Shown here one piece after another: positions 60,701 to 64,000 of a stretch of 64,000 bases of DNA. This DNA comes from Cyanophora paradoxa CCMP329 (lineage: Eukaryota > Plantae > Glaucophyta): assembly GCA_004431415.1 (NCBI GenBank), contig QPMI01000046.1:89815-153814 (forward strand), in the 5' to 3' direction. Under the pieces are notes generated by a model that saw nothing but the letters and a program-made list of their open reading frames with translations, ran no database searches and had not been told where the DNA came from. How positions within the stretch are numbered: the stretch's first letter is position 1; every line of letters starts with the position of its first letter. The position numbers were made by a program, and so were the translations under genes.

Positions 60701-63700
60701 CCGGTCGCGGCGAACGGCGCGGTGGGCCCGGCCTCGAACCCCGCTTCCAGCTCGGGCTCCGGCTATGGGCCTGGCCCATACGCCGGCGTCGGTGCGGCGG
60801 CCCTGAGCGGCGCCGGCTACGGCGGCGCGCCGGCGGGATCGGACGGCCTGTATTCCTCTGCGATTAACCCGCGCGGCGATGGCGCCGGCCGCGCTACTTC
60901 GCCGACCGGTGCGTCCGGGTCCGGCAGCTTCGGCGGCGCGTTCGGCCCTGCCAGCCCGTCGAGCCCCGGCGCGGCATTGCCGGCTCTGGCGTGGACGCGT
61001 CGGCCCGAGCCCGCTCGCGCCCTCGAGCCTGGGCCTCAGCAGCTTCAACGGCAGCGGCCCCGGCTCCGCCACCCTCTCGTGGAAGCGCCCGGCCTCGGCT
61101 CGCCCGCCTCGTACACCGTCCTCAAGGACGGCAAGCCCGTCGCGTCGGTCCCCGGCGGCCAGACCTCGGTCCCGGTCTCCGGCCTGCCGACCAACGGCGG
61201 CGCCTCGACCCTGCAGGTGGTGCCGTTCGACAGCAACGGCGTCGCGGGCCCGGCCTCGTCGCCGCTCGCGGCCTCGCTGCCGAGCGACCCGAGCTCCGGC
61301 ATCGCGCTGACGTCGACGCCGGCGGGCTCCGGCTCCAGCCCGAGCGCGCTGCTGGCGTGGACCACGCCGAGCGGCCTCGGCAACGTCCCGAGGTGCGGCA
61401 GCCGTGTTTCGCGCGCGGGGCCGGCTCTGCGGGCGCTGACGCGTTTTTTCGCGGCAGCTTCGGCGTCCTGCAGGACGGCCGCCAGGTCGCCACTGCCAAG
61501 GCCTCGCCGTCGGGCGTCAACACCTTCGCGCCCAAGGGCCTCAGCCCGAGCGCGGCCGCCAACTCGAACTTCTCGGTGGTGCCGCTGTCGTCGTCGGGCA
61601 GCCCCGCGGGCCCCGCCAGCAACAGCGTGCCTCTCGCCTCGTACCCGGCCGGCTCCGGCGCGGGTCCCGCGAGCCCTGCGGACATGGCGCCCTCGAACCT
61701 GCAGCTGACGAGCTCGCCGGGCCTCTTCTCGTCGAGCCGCCTCTCGTGGAACCGTCCGCGCGCGGGCAGCCCCGCGGCTACTCGGTGATCGGCGACGGCA
61801 AGGTCCTCGGCAGCGTCCCGGCCAACCAGACCTCGTTCACGTCTCGCCCAAGAGCGGCGAGCCTGGCAGCGTCTACCAGGTTGTGCCGGTCGCGGCGAAC
61901 GGCGCGGTGGGCCCGGCCTCGAATACGGCCACCAGCGGCTCGGGCCCGGCGCCCGCCTACAGCGGCGCAGGCGCCCCCGGCTACGGTGGCGCTGGCGCGG
62001 GCCCGTATGGGCCCTCGTCTGGCTCTGGCGCTGGCATCGCCAACTCTGGCGTGGACGCGCCCGCCCCGAGCCCGCTCGCCCCGTCTAGCCTGGCCCTCAG
62101 CAGCTTCAACGGCAGCGGCCCCGGCTCCGCCACCCTCTCGTGGAAGCGCCCGGCCTCGGGCTCGCCCGCCTCGTACACCGTCCTCAAGGACGGCAAGCCC
62201 GTCGCGTCGGTCCCCGGCGGCCAGACCTCGGTCCCGGTCTCCGGCCTGCCGACCAACGGCGGCGCCTCGACCCTGCAGGTGGTGCCGTTCGACAGCAACG
62301 GCGTCGCGGGCCCGGCCTCGTCGCCGCTCGCGGCCTCGCTGCCGAGCGACCCGAGCTCCGGCATCGCGCTGACGTCGACGCCGGCGGGCTCCGGCTCCAG
62401 CCCGAGCGCGCTGCTGGCGTGGACCACGCCGAGCGGCCTCGGCAACGTCCCGAGGTACGGCAGCCTTGTTTCGCGCGCGGGGCCGGCTCTGCGGGCGCTG
62501 ACGCGTTTTTCGGGGCAGCTTCGGCGTCCTGCAGGACGGCCGCCAGGTCGCCACCGCCAAGGCCTCGCCGTCGGGCGTCAACACCTTCGCGCCCAAGGGC
62601 CTCAGCCCGAGCGCGGCCGCCAACTCGAACTTCTCGGTGGTGCCGCTGTCGTCGTCGGGCAGCCCCGCGGGCCCCGCCAGCAACAGCGTGCCTCTCGCCT
62701 CGTACCCGGCCGGCTCCGGCGCGGGTCCCGCGAGCCCGCGGACATGGCGCCTCGAACCTGCAGCTGACGAGCTCGCCGGGCCTCTTCTCGTCGAGCCGCC
62801 TGTCGTGGAACCGTCCGCGCGCGGGCAACCCCGCGAGCTACTCGTGATCGGCGACGGCAAGGTCCTCGGCAGCGTCCCGGCCAACCAGACCACGTTCGAC
62901 GTCTCGCCCAAGAGCGGCGAGCCCGGCAGCGTCTACCAGGTCGTGCCGGTCGCGGCGAACGGCGCGGTGGGCCCGGCCTCGAACCCCGCTTCCAGCTCGG
63001 GCTCCGGCTATGGGCCTGGCCCGTACGCCGGCGTCGGTGCGGCGGCCCTGAGCGGCGCCGGGTACGGCGGCGCCCCGGCGGGATCGGACGGCCTGTATGC
63101 CTCTGCGATTAGCCCGCGCGGCGATGGTGCCGGCCGTGCGACCTCGCCGACCGGTGCGTCCGGGTCCGGCAGCTTCAGCGGCGCGTTCGGCCCTGCCAGC
63201 CCGTCGAGCCCCGCGCGGGCATTGCCGGCTCTGGCGTGGACGCGCCCGCCCCGAGCCGCTCGCGCCCTCGAGCCTGGGCCTCAGCAGCTTCAACGGCGCG
63301 GCCCCGGCTCCGCCACCCTCTCGTGAAGCGCCCGGCCTCGGGCTCGCCCGCCTCTTACACCGTCTCAAGGACGGCAAGCCCGTCGCGTCGGTCCCCGCGG
63401 CCAGACCTCGGTCCCGGTCTCCGGCCTGCCGACCAACGGCGGCGCCTCGACCCTGCAGGTGGTGCCGTCGACAGCAACGGCGTCGCGGGCCCGGCTCGTC
63501 GCCGCTCGCGGCCTCGCTGCCGAGCGACCCGAGCTCCGCATCGCGCTGACGTCGACGCCGGCGGCTCCGGCTCCAGCCCGAGCGCGCTGTGGCGTGGACC
63601 ACGCCGAGCGCCTCGGCAACGTCCCGAGGTGCGGCAGCCGTGTTTCGCACGCGGGGCCGGCTCTGCGGGCGCTGACGCGTTTTTTCGCGGCAGCTTCGGC

Positions 63701-64000
63701 GTCCTGCAGGACGGCCGCCAGGTCGCCACTGCCAAGGCCTCGCCGTCGGGCGTCAACACCTTCGCGCCCAAGGGCCTCAGCCCGAGCGCGGCCGCCAACT
63801 CGTACTTCTCGGTGGTGCCGCTGTCGTCGTCGGGCAGCCCCGCGGGCCCCGCCAGCAACAGCGTGCCTCTCGCCTCGTACCCGGCCGGCTCCGGCGCGGG
63901 TCCCGCGAGCCCCGCGGACATGGCGCCCTCGAACCTGCAGCTGACGAGCTCGCCGGGCCTCTTCTCGTCGAGCCGCCTGTCGTGGAACCGTCCGCGCGCG
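39786..64000 (+). CDS. Giant polycystin-1/adhesion-receptor-like protein: signal peptide - unknown domains - 3 REJ-like modules - GAIN/GPS - single TM - FN3 array (3'-incomplete)
   Basis: Signal LASTILAIFVASAFVLSAVHA. Three modules GTC.(V/I)SP....F.V.C..W.PPFN...ALPLTY (45.6-48.8 kb). Helical region, then IFWNETSNSWEPC...GFCTHL|TT|FTLGQ. In-frame splice 50977 to 51054 leads into TM ILPLAFGIGAAGLLVAGLTAAIV-KG. Not every exon in 40-45 kb was resolved. Confidence 0.8.
51348..64000 (+). repeat. Coding tandem array of at least 12 units (about 0.96-1.19 kb), each with three FN3-like domains
   Basis: Unit starts near 51348, 52311, 53385, 54482, 55543, 56592, 57668, 58732, 59827, 61018, 62078 and 63263. 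FN3 pattern APSNL...ATLSW..P.......YTV......LQVVPF...G..GP.S.P. Confidence 0.9.

Noticed and set aside
60960-64000. Frameshifts suggesting pseudogenisation or programmed frameshifting in late FN3 units
   Set aside because: Scattered 1-nt deletions increase toward the window end in near-identical repeats, typical of unpolished long-read error.
1-64000. tRNA, rRNA or snRNA genes
   Set aside because: None recognisable by eye; a tRNAscan-SE/Infernal run would be needed to exclude them.

Overview
Eukaryotic, mostly GC-rich nuclear DNA with many short (about 50-100 nt) spliceosomal introns, many with GC donors, so most long entries in the ORF track are antisense or off-frame shadows. The style suggests a GC-rich alga or protist; a glaucophyte such as Cyanophora is only a tentative guess. 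Layout: (1) 1-12.2 kb is a patchwork of gene fragments on both strands. It includes an F-box gene with a satellite-expanded intron, Cys-rich repeats, and intronless virus-like pieces: a ~26-codon fragment of a giant-virus (NCLDV) major capsid protein, three fibre-like paralog fragments, an Asp-box propeller, a Gly-rich domain, a degenerate PD-(D/E)XK nuclease and a RING finger. (2) 12.2-15.0 kb is a truncated, inverted paralog of the giant receptor gene described in (5). (3) 19.5-26.4 kb is a nest of rolling-circle (Helitron/Helentron-type) elements; one carries a zinc-finger/CXC cargo gene and no Rep-helicase. (4) 26.9-36.0 kb holds a head-to-head pair: an LRR-ankyrin-TIR-C2 gene and a MIT-AAA ATPase gene. 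(5) 39.8 kb to the window end is a giant gene: signal peptide, REJ-like modules, a GAIN/GPS site (CTHL|TTF, with TT on a 6-nt microexon), one TM helix and at least 12 triple-FN3 repeat units. Paralog comparisons also show a pervasive micro inverted-triplication mutation pattern (X, revcomp X, X). Exon models and most boundaries were read by eye and are approximate; no database searches were run.
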